32,778 nucleotides of DNA from Alphaproteobacteria bacterium (lineage in GTDB: Bacteria; Pseudomonadota; Alphaproteobacteria; Rs-D84): the NCBI GenBank assembly GCA_017618595.1, contig JAFZTZ010000103.1, forward strand, positions 1-32,778. The letters run 5' to 3'. Each line of letters starts with the position of its first letter. Positions within the stretch are counted from its first letter, which is position 1. This document shows positions 31,086 to 32,778 of the stretch, one piece after another. Both the position numbers and the translations under genes were made by a program. Under the pieces are notes generated by a model. That model worked only from the letters and a program-made list of their open reading frames with translations. It was not told the DNA's origin and made no database searches.

Positions 31086-31106
31086 CAAGTTTTATAAAAA
31101 AACGAT

Positions 31107-31517
31107 TTATTTAAACAATATCTCTAATTCCTTTTGTGTCTTTTCATCTATCATTTTTGCTTGTAAATGTTGATGCGGGTTGTCGGCTTCGACTTCTGGC
31201 CAGAAACATTTATGGTCATTTAAATTGAAATCCATCTCTATCCAACTTTTATCTTCAGGAATTCCTATATTTTTGGTATCCAGTATAAAGAAATCTAATT
31301 TATAATCAGCATTTGAATACGTTATAAAGGTGTTTCTTACGCTTTCCTTTTCCAATTTTATATCTTTTCCATCAACAGATATTATTGCATAGTTTTTATA
31401 TAATTTTATATCCGTTGTTGGCCTACCTTCTTCAGCACCATCGCAGAAAAAACCTGTCCCTACATCAGAACAAGCAGTTAAGCCAATCAAAATCGGCAAA
31501 ATATATAGCAGTTTCAT
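31107..31517 (-). CDS. Hypothetical lipoprotein
   Basis: AAGGAG RBS; MKLLYILPILIGLTA-C lipobox. Confidence 0.85.
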   Translation of the reverse strand: MKLLYILPILIGLTACSDVGTGFFCDGAEEGRPTTDIKLYKNYAIISVDGKDIKLEKESVRNTFITYSNADYKLDFFILDTKNIGIPEDKSWIEMDFNLNDHKCFWPEVEADNPHQHLQAKMIDEKTQKELEILFK

Positions 31518-31678
31518 ATTCTTCTCCTTTTCAATATTCAGCGATAATTATATCACAAAATTCGTAAAAACACCTTAGTTTTTTTACCGAACTGTAATAA
31601 TTTTTTGATTTCATCAGTTCGTGAATTGCACAGTATGTACTGCCAAATGTTCAGCCATTTGGATGTTTTTTATTATAT

Positions 31679-32659
31679 TTATTTCCCCATTAATTGATAA
31701 ACATGTCCAACGGGTACATCACTCTGCTCATACGTGCCATCATGTTCATCATATATGACACCCCCTGTTTGCGCGTGATTATCCCCACCTATATGGTAAC
31801 CACCACGGGTAACTATGCTAACCAGTCTATTTGAATCATCGATCATTGGGCCACCTGAATTTCCGCCCCAACCCTGACATAAATTATTATTGTTACGGAA
31901 AAAGCATCTTGAGAGTTTTAATTGGTCATCATCAAAAATCTTCGACGCATATGAATGAGAAAAAACAAGAGATGCAGGTATCATTTGGTAATAATCTACT
32001 CCGTTATCGTTTTCTATACCAGTATTTTCATATGACATATCGGTTACACCGGCTTTTTCCAACGCTGCTATATATTTCTCTTTAAATTCTGCTATTTCAT
32101 TATCATTCATTATTTTTAAACTGCCGTATCCTATCAAACGAACGGGTCTGTTATCTCGTGTGGCATTAGAATCCGCGTATATCCATGGTATTTTATCATT
32201 TGGGGTTGAAACCTCTCTTCCGTGATATTGTACCATATTTCTGTATACATTTTCTACATAGGGATCTGTAGATTCTTTGAACGGATTAACGGGTAAACTA
32301 TATATCGCCCAATCCTCAGATACATTACTATCCTTGTTTATATCATAATTCCCCGCCGTGACCAATGTCACATCATATTCATCCCCATCTTGTAATTTAA
32401 TACGCAAATTTCTATCCGAAATACCATCACCATTTTGGTCTGTACAATGTTTGGCGGTAAATAAATACCAATTAGAATCTGGGGCTTCTTTATGTACAAA
32501 ACCGCGATCCCATCGTGCTATGGTTCCCGTACAAAAAGTGGATTTATTTAGTTTATTTCTTAACCATCCCCCATATGTGCTTATCAAACCAACCACTGCA
32601 TTGTATGGTTTTTGTTTTTTTTGGTCATTTGTTACATAACAACGTTTATCAATCGATGG
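31679..32659 (-). CDS. Trypsin-like (S1) serine protease body, lacking a credible start and signal peptide in this orientation
   Basis: FCTGT, TAKHC (His), EDWAIY (Asp), GGNSGGP (Ser). The only upstream start is a TTG at 32686 with no RBS. Confidence 0.85.
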   Translation of the reverse strand, partial: PSIDKRCYVTNDQKKQKPYNAVVGLISTYGGWLRNKLNKSTFCTGTIARWDRGFVHKEAPDSNWYLFTAKHCTDQNGDGISDRNLRIKLQDGDEYDVTLVTAGNYDINKDSNVSEDWAIYSLPVNPFKESTDPYVENVYRNMVQYHGREVSTPNDKIPWIYADSNATRDNRPVRLIGYGSLKIMNDNEIAEFKEKYIAALEKAGVTDMSYENTGIENDNGVDYYQMIPASLVFSHSYASKIFDDDQLKLSRCFFRNNNNLCQGWGGNSGGPMIDDSNRLVSIVTRGGYHIGGDNHAQTGGVIYDEHDGTYEQSDVPVGHVYQLMGK

Positions 32660-32698
32660 GAAAATAATGCAAAAAATACTGTGCAAAGATATCGTTGA

Positions 32699-32778
32699 AT
32701 GAAGAAATATATAATAGCATCTTTATTGGTTTGTATCCCGTTCATATCCATGGCGGCGGATCATTGCACAAACCCATC
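32699..32778 (+). CDS. Signal-peptide-encoding gene start (partial); probably the inverted N-terminus of the adjacent protease
   Basis: MKKYIIASLLVCIPFISMAADHCTNP(S): classic Sec signal, open to the window end. Confidence 0.7.
   Translation, partial: MKKYIIASLLVCIPFISMAADHCTNP

Noticed and set aside
31555-31675. Short - strand frame (WLNIWQYILCNSRTDEIKKLLQFGKK) as a gene or transposase remnant
   Set aside because: No start codon or RBS and too short to assign a family by eye.

Overview
Chromosomal segment of a moderately AT-rich alphaproteobacterium with fast-evolving core proteins and shuffled gene order; a host/gut-associated reduced-genome lineage is inferred, not verified. The left half, on the - strand, holds tRNA-Trp-secE-nusG-rplK-rplA-rplJ-rplL-rpoB-rpoC, then rpmF-plsX and a large Cys-rich secreted protein that runs off the window edge and is missing from the ORF track. 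Divergent from tRNA-Trp is a stand-alone three-gene type IV secretion core operon (VirB8-, VirB9- and VirB10-like) with unusual extra domains: a SPOR-like domain on VirB9, and Ig-like, acidic and Cys-rich parts on VirB10. The right half holds two small hypothetical genes, yidC, lspA, a helical-repeat protein, a Kef-type antiporter, rsmA, recR, a D,D-carboxypeptidase-SPOR protein, an ABC exporter, a GNAT, tRNA-Glu(CTC), a lipoprotein and a trypsin-like protease. Best leads: (1) the decorated orphan T4SS core; (2) the protease, whose signal-peptide segment appears to sit inverted at the window end between GATGGG and CCCATC and rejoins in frame when flipped (inverton or assembly chimera); (3) a tRNA-Trp with A24 and a 4-bp anticodon stem, alongside scarce TGA stops; (4) a heptamer-based palindromic repeat family.
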